DNA of 64,000 nt from Phoronis australis (Eukaryota; Animalia; Phoronida), in contig NMRA01000153.1 of the NCBI GenBank assembly GCA_002633005.1, positions 734,067 to 798,066 on the forward strand. Direction: 5' to 3'. The notes under the pieces were generated by a model. It had not been told where the DNA came from. It was given only the letters and a program-made list of their open reading frames with translations, and ran no database searches. Positions 51,901 to 64,000 of the stretch are shown here, in pieces. The translations under genes were made by a program, and so were the position numbers. The stretch's first letter is position 1; each line of letters begins with the position of its first letter.

Positions 51901-53037
51901 TCTGATCTCAAAAAACAACTCTACTTATCATCCTTTGTTCGATTGATACCCTAATAACTATGCTGCTTCGACGGCTGAAACTAAATGGTCATGACATAAA
52001 CTGCTTTAGCTTGGTCTGAAACAGTAACCAACTGTCATTTCTTCACTCACTTAGGAACAAGATAGGACTGAATGCAATTGGACTAAATCAAACCTTGGTT
52101 TTTAGCTTAAGGCAGAATTTTTTCACCTTTAGCCCTTATCCTGCTGACTCTATTCAGACTACTTTCCCTGTGTGCTGAGTTAAGTAGGTCACCACTACTG
52201 TTGTACACTACGCTGTTATGAAGGTCACCCAGACGAATGACCTAACAATTTTAAATTGGAAAATTGAAGGTGAAATGTTAATTTCACAGAAAAGAAGCCA
52301 ACATAAAAGTTGACCAGAATTTAATGGAGATTTTCACCAGAAATAAATCTTCACCCTCTCATATCTGGCTCCAGCCGTATTATGAAACTGTGTCTACACT
52401 TACATAAACCTGTCAATATCTCCCAAACTAATAATCACAGCCATATGGTTTAAATCAGAGAAATGTAGAGGAAACTGTGAACTATGGAATGCCCATGCTC
52501 ACGTAATTATCTAAATAACATCCTGGGCTCTCACAATTTCTGACTAAATATCACAAGTGTCCTGGGGAGAGTGCAGTCTCCTAGCGAAGCCCAGCTGCAG
52601 CTTATCATAGTCGATCAAGTACACCCAAGGCATTGTAATAGGATGATTGGCATGTGGGCTGACCTGTCTAGTGCAGGATAAGGGTTAATTAAAACTCAGG
52701 TTACAGGCAGGGAAATGCAGTACGAATGGTAGTCTCCTTACATGTCGTTGGTTCAGGGCTGTCTTGATTTAATATGTATGTTTGACAATGGCTGTCATTA
52801 CTTATAATAGGTGAATCTTCTCTTTTACAGCGAAGAGCAAGGCTGGTGATGTTTGTGACCAAAATCCATTTTTGGGGCCGCGCTGAAAATGTCATTAAAA
52901 TCGTTGATATGGTTGATGTTAACGTCGCCTTGACTGATGTCATTGATGCTGTCTTCAACTGCGGGGATGTAGAAAGGTCTCTCAATTTCCTGCAACAGGA
53001 ATGTGCCATATGTTATGCTTCTGTGCCACAAAACCAG
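30554..53037 (+). CDS. RNF31: E3 ubiquitin ligase RNF31/HOIP (LUBAC), first 1197 codons; join(30554-30916,31954-32106,37362-37564,38441-38780,41142-41365,42435-43704,44600-44944,49072-49335,50825-51046,52831-53037); 3' incomplete
   Basis: All introns are GT-AG with matching phases. Recognisable HOIP segments: PUB (ALSILEKYGKNLLKP...FWKSIKF, GAQDVLKQFGY), B-box, NZF (WECEHCTFVN...CSMC), UBA region (PTEWLRQE, SMGF, WGRAE) and the RING1 start QECAIC. Confidence 0.93.
31014..31290. repeat. 36-bp minisatellite (about 7.5 copies), intronic
   Basis: Unit tgtaatactccctactgtgacttgcacaatccacct. Confidence 0.95.
31343..31609. repeat. 44-bp minisatellite (6 copies), intronic
   Basis: Unit cgactcaagaaaacactatcagtctttattgcatgtggccaata. 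Confidence 0.95.
31954..32106 (+). CDS. RNF31: RNF31 exon 2 (PUB domain)
   Basis: ttgcag|DSTKLQAINCALSILEKYGKNLLKP...|gtaagt. Confidence 0.92.
37362..37564 (+). CDS. RNF31: RNF31 exon 3 (PUB domain); not shown in this frame in the ORF track
   Basis: ttcttcag|GAQDVLKQFGYLDEFEDGLCFPD...IHPFP...|gtcagt. Confidence 0.92.
37581..37682. mobile_element. Short fold-back MITE with TAGTCACTTA termini
   Basis: tagtcacttacaggg...ccctataagtgacta; a longer relative lies at 39231-39775. Confidence 0.6.
38441..38780 (+). CDS. RNF31: RNF31 exon 4 (low-complexity linker)
   Basis: ttacag ... gtaagt; phases 2/0 fit the neighbouring exons. Confidence 0.85.
39231..39775. mobile_element. Longer TAGTCACTTA-family element with a duplicated left end
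   Basis: tagtcacttatggagtgtcc occurs twice, then ...caggactcctgtaagtgag. Shares tggattttgagaacca with the 37581 copy. Confidence 0.55.
39920..40228. repeat. 31-bp minisatellite
   Basis: Unit tagtgatgttattgcctgttagggacatcgc. Confidence 0.9.
40545..40611 (-). mobile_element. tRNA-derived SINE head
   Basis: The reverse complement has A-box gtggcctaatg and B-box ggttcgagtccc but no convincing full cloverleaf. Confidence 0.6.
41142..41365 (+). CDS. RNF31: RNF31 exon 5 (B-box zinc finger)
   Basis: Encodes CDICGN...CATCMKQLCTNCDNFWHNHPRRRGH; AG/GT bounded. Confidence 0.92.
42435..43704 (+). CDS. RNF31: RNF31 exon 6 (linker, helical segment, C4 zinc finger, NZF)
   Basis: Open 1270-nt exon containing CPAC...CGVC and WECEHCTFVN...CSMC. 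Confidence 0.92.
44600..44944 (+). CDS. RNF31: RNF31 exon 7; not in the ORF track
   Basis: tgtgtag|VYYEKKAAHEAYQRQLE...LYVDGKETLRHVR|gtgagt, 115 open codons. Confidence 0.88.
45010..45214. repeat. 23-bp G-rich minisatellite
   Basis: Unit gggtagagggtaggagtcgggaY. Confidence 0.95.
45513..45682. repeat. 34-bp minisatellite (about 5 copies)
   Basis: Unit agcaatcaatgctccccatttggtcggttgtttt. Confidence 0.9.
46852..48496 (+). mobile_element. Kolobok DNA transposon (degenerate), TTAA TSD
   Basis: ttaa|aggagaatgcaacccg ... tgggtggcatgctcct|ttaa (13/16 TIR match), with an internal THAP ORF. Confidence 0.8.
47012..47332 (+). pseudogene. THAP zinc-finger fragment of a Kolobok transposase
   Basis: CIVPYC...ISFFR...W...VCGRHFVDSDF is the C2CH THAP signature; no ATG start and no DDE domain. 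Confidence 0.75.
49072..49335 (+). CDS. RNF31: RNF31 exon 8 (UBA region)
   Basis: ttccag|FSDMAGFSMEEFDIAIAQCGDKNPTEWLRQEW...|gtatga. Confidence 0.9.
49362..50390. repeat. CT-rich polypyrimidine tract around the N gap 49667-50333
   Basis: Low-complexity C/T sequence on both sides of the gap. Confidence 0.95.
50825..51046 (+). CDS. RNF31: RNF31 exon 9 (UBA, MGF motif)
   Basis: tttcag|IDKIVSMGFHSPEHVGKALSDAKGDTDRALAIL...DFE|gtttga. Confidence 0.9.
52831..53037 (+). CDS. RNF31: RNF31 exon 10 (pre-RING1 region and RING1 start)
   Basis: tttacag|RRARLV...WGRAE...LQQECAICYASVPQNQ|gtacga. Confidence 0.92.
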
Positions 53038-54478
53038 GTACGAAATATAATGTTAACTCATTGTGGTATGCTTTTGTTGTAAACTCCTTCGCCGATGACT
53101 TGCTTTATTTCCTATGATTTCAATGTACTATCCTTTGAAAACAATTAATAAACTTGTGCTAAGTTCTAAGTTTGCACTAAGTCTAATTTTTAATTTGTAG
53201 ATTTGTTATGTCTTATAGAATTTACACCGTCCCATATGCATTTTTGGGTGCATATCTCTGTCAGCGTTTCTGACATCAGGTGTTTGGTATCCAACGTGTA
53301 CTGCTACATCTTCTAAACCCCTTGCAAGATCTTCATGAAATTAGACAAAATTAAATTAATTTATTATTACTTGGCTGAAGTATGTTGGTCTGACAGCAAG
53401 TTTTTTTTTTTTGTTCGCTCTCTACAGGTCGCCATTTTCATCCGATTTTCACGAAATTTGCACACAACATGTAGTACTGGAACGCTATTGTTTTTGGTCA
53501 TGATCGGATACAAAATGGCGGACGTGGCGGCCATTTTGTATCCAATTTCACAGTCAAATACTCAAAGAGGCCGCATTTTTCGACCTACATGGCTGAAAAT
53601 CGGTACGAATATACGAGAACGCACGTGCTACAACTTTGCAGAAAATCGTTGATTTCCGGTTAAAGATGGCGGAAATCTTGGACGTGGCGCATGTGCACCC
53701 CGAAATATGGCTAAAAACGTTTTCTCCTGTAGAGGGCGCATTTGCAAACCAATCACTTTCAAACTGGTCACGTGTTTGTTGAGTTTAATAAGCTTTAAAT
53801 TTGTACAAGTATATCAAAATATTCTTGTACCGAAATAAAGTGATATCAAAATTCAAAATAAATCCCAATAAAGATATTATACCTAGGGTAAACTTACTTA
53901 TTTGTTTTGGACAACACTCTTTCCAATATATCATGTATTAAGTATTAATACCAAATGGATGTAATGTCAGACACTGGGACTACTAAGCACATGAACGCAG
54001 CATATTGATATCTACTCCTTAAAGTTAGTTACTGAAAGTAACTTACTTTGTACAATCCAATCCAGTCCTTGTCATTCACACTAGCGCCCTCTTTGAAGCG
54101 GTAGTAACATTTGACATCTTTCTTAGTAATCCACTGATAGATACTCTTGAATGTAACATCTGGAGGAGAGGGACTACGAAGAACCTGCAAGAATTATAAA
54201 ACACCTTCCTCTTTACCAAGAAACACCTTAATTTTGCTGATGAAGTGCTCAAAAATGTATTGTCCAAATTTCACATTTGGAGACTGTACAGATCACTGTC
54301 AGTGTCCATCTGTTCATTGGACAAATAAGGGCACAGAGAGAAAAACATGCTAAATTTAAGGAGAAAATGTCCAACTAGCAAAGAACCATCTTAGGAGATA
54401 GAGAACAAATTACTTCAGTCAACAATTTATTGAACTTTTTAGACACACTGAATACACCACAAGAGCAAAGCAGCTGAC

Positions 54479-54967
54479 ATGACCCCACTGTGAGCATTAC
54501 ATATGACCCACTGTGAGCATTACATATGACCCCACTGTGAGCATTACATATGACCCCACTGTGAGCATTACATATGACCCCACTGTGAGCATTACATATG
54601 ACCCCACTGTGAGCATTACATATGACCCCACTGTGAGCATTACATATGACCCCACTGTGAGCATTACATATGACCCCACTGTGAGCATTACATATGACCC
54701 CACTGTGAGCATTACATATGACCCCACTGTGAGCATTACATATGACCCCACTGTGAGCATTACATATGACCCCACTGTGAGCATTACATATGACCCCACT
54801 GTGAGCATTACATATGACCCCACTGTGAGCATTACATATGACCCCACTCTGAGCATTACATATGACCCCACTGTGAGCATTACATATGACCCCACTGTGA
54901 GCATTACATATGACCCCATGTTAGCATTACATATGACCCCACTGTGAGCATTACATATGACCCCACT
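54479..54967. repeat. 24-bp minisatellite (about 20 near-identical copies)
   Basis: Unit tgaccccactgtgagcattacata. Confidence 0.97.
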
Positions 54968-56550
54968 CCTCAATAGGAACACATGTCACCATTCATAATG
55001 ATTGCTCAACAAGATTGGAGGATACTGGCAGGCAGACAGTAAAAGACACAAAACCAATAGAAAGCAATGTAGGTCAAATCCATCTAGAACAGGGCCAGTG
55101 TTGTCTGCGTTATAGTAATTTGCCAAATTATAAGAACTTGTTCCATCAAGGAACTTGGTAGATACATTGCACATAATTATATAAGGCAAACTCAAAGGAA
55201 AACAAAAATTGCCACATGTTCACTTGACTCTGCAGTGGACGTCTTTGGCCCAAAATCCACGTCAGTTGTACTCTGCTCTACAGAAACACATAAAGCTCCA
55301 TCAAGGAACTTGTATTGAGCCACTGGCAAAACAATGCCACAAAAAGGCGCTATAGCAGATGGACCTGTTCAAAAATAGTCGGCAGCCACGCACTTCCCAC
55401 AAGTACACAAAAATATATATATGCCAATTTTCATAACTATCTACAGTCTGTGTGATTTGGCTGACAGAGGGGCAGATGCCAAAACTGAAAGCCAAAAAAT
55501 GATAAATATGGCCACTAGGTGGCATATAATACGTCATATCAATCAGAAAATGGGAAGATGTCATCGTCTATTTAATGGAAACAAATTTGTCAAGTTTCAT
55601 AAAAATCTTTGAAGGAGCTCTTTAAGATGCTGTCTCATTAAAAATGTAAATATTTAAATTTGTAGCAAGCACCACCTAGTGACTTCCTGCAGAACTGTGT
55701 GTACAAGTATAGCCAGGAAAAGAATCAATTTGTAAATAAATTGTGGTTTTAAAGAAAACACCGCAACTGATACACCAAAAAACAAGTGAGAACATACATT
55801 TACGGTAATTCAAAATCAGTTACCACTTTCATAGAAATACATTATTTGCTAAAAATTTTAAAAAAGTTCCTACAAATTGTTCATGTGATACAGACACAGA
55901 CACAAAAAACAAAACTGCCACTGGGAGGCACTATAGTAGTTGGAACCCACTAAAAATCATCTTTAATTGCCCTGTTCCCAATAAGAACAAAATCACCTAA
56001 CCATCCTTAAAGTGGTTTAGCCGATGGATAGACAGACACCAGAAACAAGATTAAAAAAATTGTAAAAACTGCCACTAGGTGGCACAGAATAGGTCAAATA
56101 CATCTAAAAAATATTGCCATTCCTAACAGATACTTATTTTCTAAATTTCTCGAAAATTCATTACGAACCTCCAAAGACACAGAGGTCAACATAAAAAATA
56201 GGTAAGCCAATATCAGGCAGACTGGTAGTACTGAGAATCCATCTGGAAATTTGCTTATGCCATGCCACCCCATCCATGAAAGGAGCATGTCTGCAAAATT
56301 TCACGAGCATCCATTTAGGGGCTTTAAGAGATACAGTGGTGGCTGCCGCATGTCATCTAGATGATTGCGACGGTATAATGCATCCACATATAAATATATG
56401 GGTGCATAAAAGCTTATCAATCTTATACTATTGTTACTTAGTCTGCTGGACTGTAATTAAATTCCTAGATCTTCGGAGACGTCTCATCTCCTTCAAACCA
56501 GTGAATGAGCTTTTTATCTGCATAGGGGTAGAGGAGGCTATCTAAGTCCA

Positions 56551-56705
56551 CAGGGGTGGATCCAGGATTTTGAGTTAGGAGGGGGCCAGGGCAGAGTATT
56601 AGTCAGGATTTTGGCCGTCAGACATTCGCACACCCCAACTGCCAAATGGTATCTGGTAGAATTTTAGGGGGGCCAGGGCCCCCTTGGGCCCTAAAAGCTC
56701 CTCTT
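56551..56705. mobile_element. MITE family C copy (opposite orientation to 9411)
   Basis: caggggtggatccaggatttt...gtcagacattcgca...ctgccaaatgg matches the reverse complement of 9411-9554. Confidence 0.7.
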
Positions 56706-58052
56706 AATAAGCTAGGTGGCACCACATTCAAATTGCCAATGCAGCAAGACATTATCCACATGACCGGAGTTCCCGCCACTAGTAGTTGTCAACATAATCA
56801 CATCGAAGGAGATAAGACGTCTCCAGGTAAGTAGGAATTGGGTAAATGCAGTACAGCAGACCAGGTTCAAGTAACAATAGAATGCATTACCTGGATGGCT
56901 CAAGAACTATATTTCATTATAAATCTTCTAAATGACAAACAAACACTCCTCTCAAATTTTTGCCAAAACATTGATTTCAACTTGATATCTTGCATAGTAC
57001 GTAGGTTATATGTGATTTCTGACCTAATTGAGAAAATGAAGACTATACAATGTAAATTGGCCTTTGAAAGTCCCAACTGTATGCCTCCAAAGCAATACAG
57101 AAATCAGCTAGTTGAGGAATACATGTAGGTTGGGCTGCATTCCCTTTAGCGAGTACATTGCAAGTTTGGCAATATAGTATCATGCAAGTCTTCACAAGTT
57201 ATCTAGAAACACTGGATTTTACGATAATGGAAAACTAAGTAAACAATATTCACGAAGTCTGACTATTTTCACAGAATTAGAGATTCTGAGTGTAATTTTC
57301 GTATTTCAGTCGCAGATATCCTAATTCCAAAAGTTTTAGTTGTTAATTACCATATATTAATAACTCGTCAAATTTAACAATTCTGGCTACAAATCTGCTG
57401 ATGATCAATTTGCAGCAGCCATGTTCATTCAAGTAGCTTCAGTGTTCGTTCTGCCTGAAGATGGCACTGTTTCATTATATTTTCTGGTTTTGAGAAATGA
57501 TAAACATGGCAGGAAGCAAGTTATGAGTGAAACGGAGCAACAGCACAATACAGCAACATAGGTCAGGCAATTCCCAAGCAGTGTATTGTCATTTATCACA
57601 TAAATTTTGCTAAAAATTCACAAAACGGAAAATAATGCCATTTTACATTTTGCCACCATGAATTTTCTGTTTTTGAAGCTAATTTTAAAGCAGCTTTAAA
57701 CCTCGTGCTTTCTGTTAAAACACATTGTTTTGGTTTTGGCTACTTACCCATCTTAAAACTGATCATATCTCATTCATTAGTTTAGAAATGATTTCTAGGC
57801 TCAAGAAGAACTGAGGGTAACCTGAAAGTTTGGTCTGAAAATATAACAATCTATCAGTTATTCTCGAGCACTGAGATCACTTCTAAACCAAACATGAGAA
57901 ATATTGTCAATTAGTGACCTAATTCAAAATTTGAATCTTTGACAGAAAGTACTGGTCTAATGACACTTCAACTGTTAGAATATCAGGACAGTGTTATCAC
58001 ATAGTATGATGAGTGCCAAGAACAATTTATGTCCCTAAATTTAAAATTCAAC

Positions 58053-58215
58053 CTGTATTTTGAAGTCTGCTACAACTGGTCTGTGATCACTAAATCTTAT
58101 GGATGTCAAGCTGGTGTAGTTGATTAGTTCTACATTGAGTAAGGCATTCTCGAAGGAATCCTCATGCACCATCCATAGAATCCTATCACACCATGCAGGC
58201 TTCCTCCGTTTTGAA
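58053..58215 (-). CDS. Exon of an inositol polyphosphate 5-phosphatase (INPP5K/INPP5J-like), end of the catalytic domain
   Basis: tttgtttccag|SKRRKPAWCDRILW...SDHRPVVADFKIQ|gttgaa carries the IPPc signature P(A/S)W(C/T)DRIL and SDH(R/K)PV. Confidence 0.88.
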
Positions 58216-60467
58216 CTGGAAACAAAACAAGACATTTGGAAATCTTTGGACAGTCCTCTTGAGGGTCGAAAGTCATTCAGTGTGGTTACACAAAAATAAA
58301 GAAGAGCACACAACGCAGTGGTTAACTGCTTGCTAAACTCTTCTCAGAGTAAAAAATACGACTGTGTACTAAGTCACCTGCACATGATCAGACTAGACAA
58401 TCTTCTGACTTCACTGGCAGATAAGGCACTCTCATAAACACTGTCCTTTTCCCATGAGATTTTTATGCACTTCCTACTAACGACCTTCAGCTCTTTTCTC
58501 ATAAGCCCCGATTTGTTGTAATCATCTGAATGCAGCTCTTTCTCATCAACCGCATTTTGTGTTCTCAGTTGCACAGAGTTAATACATAATACCAAGTATG
58601 TACTACACAGTGTCAAGCACTTACTGAGAAATTCTGCAGTTTTCAAGAAAGAAATGCACAAATGGGAAAACTACAGTGTCAGTAATGAAAAAAACTAATT
58701 AATGAACAAGAGCACCAATGCACTGCAAACGGTGTGCTTCAAGGGCAGACTGTTTAATTGCATCTTAAAATGGCAATTAGAAGGCTGAGAATACATTTGT
58801 CGCATCCAAAAATGGGAAGGTATCGCCATCTCTCAAAATTGTTTGCAAAATTTTATGAAAATCTGTCAAAGAATTCCAAAGATACAAAGGCACAGTAAAA
58901 ACAACAAACTGTCATAAAGAAGCAGATCAGTAGTCCAATCCATCCATCTGCTGTCAAGTTCATAGGAATACAACCTTCAAAATTTCAAAAACATCTTGCA
59001 AGCAGTTTAGGAGATACAGCATTGGATGGGAAAAATGTCATAAGGGGACATCACAGTTGTTGCACCAGTTTGAAAATCCACATCAGTCATGCTCTTGTCA
59101 GTAAGAACATATCTGCCAATTTTCATAATAAGCCTAAATGTGGTTTGGCAGCTACAGAATCAAAAAATCAGACTAAAATATAATTAAAATGGCCACTATT
59201 TGGTGCAGAAAACGTCAAATCCATCGCAAAAAGGAAAGATGTAGTCGTCTTCACAATAGAAAATTAATTTGCTTGCCCAATTTCATGAAAAAGCATCTAG
59301 GAGCTCTGAAGTAACAGACGAGGCAAAAGTGAAAAATAAAAGTGACATTAAGGAGAACAACTGAAACTGGCCGTCATCAGTTGCCATCTCCATAGGAACA
59401 AATCTGCTAAATTTCAGAAAGATCTTGCAAAGGGTAAGGAGATAAAGCCATGGAAACAAAAAAACAGTAGTTGAACATGTCCACAAATCAAAGTCACCCT
59501 CGGTCTTCTCATCCCTCGAGCAGTTTGGTGGATGCAGAGGGTGATGTCGAAAACGTACTCAAGAAATGTTAAAATGGCTACAGAGTGGCACAGCATAAGT
59601 CAAATCTGCACAAAAATGAGAAGGCGTCGTTGTCGCCTTAATAGAAACCCATTAACTAAATTCCATGAAAATCTGCAAAAACGAGTTTCAAAGATACAGA
59701 CTCTGAGGATAACGACAAATTGAACCTAGGGGGCACAGCTGTAGTCGCTCCATCCAAATATCGTCGTTGTTCATTGTCAACTTCATGTTAATACACTTGC
59801 CAAATTTAATAAAGATCCTAGGAGGCGCCATGGTAGTCCAAGTGGTTCGAAAATCATCATCAGCCATCCTCTTCAGAGTAGAAAGTTAACATAATGTAAT
59901 GCAAATTTTCATCCTAAGAGTAATTTGGATGATGGAGGAGCAGATGCCAAAAAGAGACTAGAAAACCGTAAAAATGGCCACTAGATGGCGCAAAATATGA
60001 CGAACCCATCCGAACACCAGAATATTTCACCGTTTCTTTAATAAGAAGGTATTAACCAAATTTCATAAAAATCCATCAACATGAAGGAATTTCAGAGAAA
60101 CCGAGGAAAACAGAAAAAATGAAATTGCCACTAGGGGGCATAGCGTTCGTTGAATCCATCTGAAAGTAGTCATTGTCAACATCATACAAATACAGCTGCT
60201 AAAGGGAATACAGATCTTACAGTGGATTTAGGAGATACGTACAGCTATGGGCGCAAAAAAGTACCACTAAGAGACGCCACAGTAGACGAAGTCGTGGGAA
60301 AATCATCGTCAACCCTCCTCTTCACACCAAGAACATAATATATGCCAATTTTCACGATCATCCTTAGAGTGATTTAGTTGATAGAGGGGCAAATGCCAAA
60401 AACAGACTCGAACGAGCAAAAATGGCCACGAGGTGGCGTAAGCTTCCTCAAATCCACCCGAAAGCAG

Positions 60468-62955
60468 CAGGGCTCAACATAACGAGCTGCAGGTCGCATT
60501 TGCGACCTGAAATTTGGAAATGCGAGCTGAGATTTTTGTCAACTCGTATCAAGTCGCAAAATGCGAGCTGGAATTTCCAACGTATGCGAGCTGAGGTTTT
60601 ACACTACTCAGTAGATACCGGGCAAATATAAAGCAACTCTTGTTAATCCGAACGTTATTTGGTTTTGCTGCCAAATCCAAGTTCAAAAGAACACTAATAG
60701 AGAAAAACCCTCCCGATGAGTGTAAGCAGGTCGCGTGAACATGGGATATGCAGAATCGATCTTTGACGCGTTACATTGGCTAACATTTTCTGGCCACTAC
60801 ATAGCACGTGATAAAACACCACAAAGCGGTGTTTCTACTAATTCTTAAGCGATCAACTTACCATACTTTGTGGTGGATAAATATCTTTATTTTTTGCATA
60901 ATGTCCTTATTCCATATACCAAAAATCCACGACAATATCCCTGATATCGCACTGCGGCACTGGTCTGTCCCATTGTTAGCGTCCAAGCGGTCCCGGCAGA
61001 CAATGGTGACTTGGAGATATACGTCTCGTTTTTTATCGCATAAGTCAGCCCGAAGTGAAAATGACAACCTATTAATCGCCAGACGACTTTTAGTTGCCAA
61101 GAAATTCTCAAACTCCTTTACTTGTTTTTGGGGCTTTGTGTGCAAAATATGATTGGTCTTTCATTCGTTGTTGCCAACGTAAAATGTAGGCCTACTCCAG
61201 CGATTCAAGTGCTTGAACTCACGCGTGCGCACCACTTCAAAACTACACAGTCATGAAAAGAGAATAGTGACAGGCCTAAATGAAAGAGTAAGCACCCGGA
61301 TGCCAGTGGTTTATTTGAAGATGAACTCATACATTCCTGGCGATTATAAAAGACCAGGTGCTTTACCACATTCCCCGGGACCGATAGAACTCAGAACTGA
61401 AATTTTCATGTTCCGATGTTTCCCGAGGTCGATGTTCACTAAGCCCTATATTCTATGCCCGTAGCCAGCTATTGCAACTAAACCGGTACTAGATATGAAA
61501 TTGTGGCTAGCGAACTTTTTATTCCTCTCATCATACATCCCCTCCCATCGTTGGCAACTTTTCGCTCCCTACTGGACCACCGTCACCGTAAAATTTTCAG
61601 ATCAAAATAAAAATACTCTTGCTCGGGCTGAAGCAGGCAGTGTAGGGTACAGTGTAGGTGATAACAATATCCAGTAAGTCACCCCAACTTGATGGAGTCT
61701 GCCTCTCAAAATCGTATTATTATAACGTTTCTTACCATTCCATTGCAGTCTTTTAAGATCTTATCGCAAACACTCGACTACACTCACGAACAAGCCCACT
61801 CCCTACCTTTGAAGCGCTTCATAAGCACTCAGTAATCTACTAAGCGTTCCCCCCTCAACTTTTGAGAATTTCCAATTAAGCACCCACTGTTCAGGCTAGC
61901 ACCCATCATAGCGCACTACAAACGACCGCGCGTGGTTTAAAATTGACATGCAGCCAAAATAGTGTGTCACTCTCATTTTACACAACAAATTCAGTTTCAA
62001 AAAAACGTCTTTTCTCAATACGTAGAAACCAAATCCCGGCTTTGTTTTATACCTCTGAAAGAAAGTTAAAACTAGTGACTTGCGTGTCGTTTTGTGACTG
62101 ACCTAATTTTCCGTACTTGGCAGGTATTGAGGAGCAAACTTGAATTACCTGATGGCAACCCGCACGGAGTCAGGAATTATTTCGATACTATTCATTTTAT
62201 GGAAAACTAATTGTTGAGTACGTGAACAGCATACGTGTCACGTTTTTGTTGCGAAATTTGCACTGAATTGTACCCGTGCATCCAAATACATCATTCGCAC
62301 TGTTTGGTTAGAGCACCGTTTGGTTAGGGCACCGTTTGGTTAGGGCACCATTTGGTTAGGGCACCGTTTGGTTAGGGCACCGTTTGGTTAGGGCACCGTT
62401 TGGTTAGGGCACCGTTTGGTTAGGGCACCGTTTGGTTAGGGCACCGTTTCACGGGTTTTTTCGACAGATGTTTTTCAAACGACGAGTTAAGTTGCAAAAT
62501 TTGGGCTGCGAACAAAAAGTAGAGGGAATTTGCCGAGTTAGTTTACATCTTTAATGACTTTGCAGGTCAGGTTTAGCAAAATCACGAATACTTTTTCAAC
62601 AGACATTTTCTCCCTTTTCACATGGCAAACTTAGCTACTCGAATGCATGTGTCAGTTAGAGAGCACTGATTCAACTTTCACGTCGTCAATTTGCCTTGCG
62701 CTCTAGAGCCAATGGCGGTGGCGAAGAACAGTAATACCATACCTGCATTAACGAATTCAATTTTTGTGAGTATTTAGCGCTTCAGGTAAGTTCATATTAT
62801 CTAAACAATTTCTCGATGATCTAAAATCAATTTTGGCATGTAAAAATGGCGGGAAAATTTTGCGACCTGGCATTTATGAATGCGAGCTGGATTTAGAAAA
62901 TGCGACCTGGGATTTTGGCTAGGTCGCAAAATACGATCTGGTGATTTTAATAGCG
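60468..62955. mobile_element. hAT-like element with tgcgacctg/tgcgagctg subterminal repeats; right TIR lost
   Basis: Left end cagggctcaac; motif clusters at 60485-60595 and 62860-62945. Confidence 0.55.
62297..62449. repeat. 16-bp tandem repeat containing TTAGGG (about 9.5 copies)
   Basis: Unit gtttggttagggcacc. Confidence 0.95.
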
Positions 62956-64000
62956 TCGATTTAGTAGATACAGCTGCAGACACCGGACGGCAGACGCCCG
63001 GACAGAGATGACGGCAATGTGCACCCACATTATAAATATGAGGGTGCATAAAAACACAATTGAAGAAGATTGCCTTCACTGATCATGTAGATACCGTAGT
63101 AAGTAAACTGCCGGGAAGTTGAGTAAGACAAGCATTATATTAGTCAGATCAGAAGCTTTACGCCATAAAGTGTGCTGCGATAAAAAAGCAACATGCATGC
63201 ACTGAAATTATCATACGAGATGCAATCCATCAGCTGTCAAATAGTGCAACTATCTAAAAGTTGTTGAACTCTCATTTTTTATTATGACTTTGAATTGTCT
63301 GGTATTAAAACTAGGACAAGATCCTATGAGTCTTCACATACTTTTAAATTCCACAAAAACCTTGAAGCCATTGGCATTAGATTGCCCATGTTTCAGATTT
63401 TTCTAGGCACTTAACAATTATTTTTTCCAATAACATGAGAATGCAAGGTCATGCAGCTGTGGGTATTTTTTATACTGAACCAAAGATCATGATTCATTTT
63501 GATACATAACATACAAAAAATGGTTTCATTTGAAGTTAAAACATCTTATTTGCAAGCCTCAGGCAGGGATATACTTGGCCACTCGCCCAGTCGCCAATAC
63601 GACTAAAACTGTGCTGGGAGAGTAGAAGTTCACTGGCCGGTCACTCAGGTGGCGAGTGATTTTTCAGAGCACATACATCAGGCACTCTGTCCTTCCCCAG
63701 CTTCATGCAGAGTTTAATGAATAAATTTTCTCCAATTCCTTATGGTGTTTTATTCTTTAGTTTTGGTCCGCGTCTCGGTGCTCCAGCAGTACAAAAACAT
63801 CTACGCAGTGTGCTCGAACCGAGTCAGTGAATGTTAAACTTGAAGGGATCCTTGATGATGAAAGGTCACAGTGGGTGCAAGACGTTTTTGCAAAAACAAT
63901 ACTGAGGGCTTACGGATGAACAAAGTTGGTACCAGAAATATCGGTGATGATTTATTTTGCAACAAATGAAGTGAATAATTTGACTGGGCATTCGATTTTG

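Larger units (their letters stand above)
58705..63055 (-). mobile_element. HINE/pearl-like composite repeat (minus orientation) with a nested insertion
   Basis: Head near 63055 (rc tttttatgcacc...), degenerate tandem units at 58800-60460 and a hairpin-ctcttgtt tail near 58705. Homologous to 45895-46850. Confidence 0.5.

Noticed and set aside
54479-54982. ORFs (SITYDPTV)n / (SYVMLTVG)n
   Set aside because: These are by-products of a stop-free 24-bp minisatellite, with no splice or homology support.
60858-61145. 95-aa minus-strand ORF as a host gene or INPP5 exon
   Set aside because: It lies inside a transposon-like segment and has no IPPc motifs.

Overview
Eukaryotic, AT-rich, repeat-dense animal DNA; a lophotrochozoan (mollusc-like) origin is inferred from the genes and repeat types, not proven. 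There are three assembly gaps (23030-23058, 24023, 49667-50333). Genes: (1) ASTE1/asteroid PIN-family nuclease, + strand, one coding exon (2094-4232); (2) a 4-exon, 330-aa CRAL-TRIO/SEC14 gene, - strand (14364-8119); (3) RNF31/HOIP, the LUBAC E3 ligase, + strand, ten phase-consistent exons (30554-53037; PUB, B-box, zinc fingers, UBA, start of RING1), with the catalytic RBR-LDD part not visible in the last 11 kb; (4) one antisense exon of an inositol polyphosphate 5-phosphatase (INPP5K/J-like, 58215-58053). Two mobile elements stand out. One is a 305-bp perfect inverted repeat with AGTAGT termini and a 6-bp TSD around a 1-N gap, the signature of a Polinton/Maverick whose body is missing or unassembled. 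The other is a miniature LTR element (TRIM) with a tRNA-like Pol III promoter in its LTRs and a tRNA-Ser PBS (Helenus/Cassandra-like). Also present: a THAP-bearing Kolobok element, several MITE families with 5-bp TSDs, Helentron-type elements and minisatellites. All calls come from reading the sequence; no searches were run.
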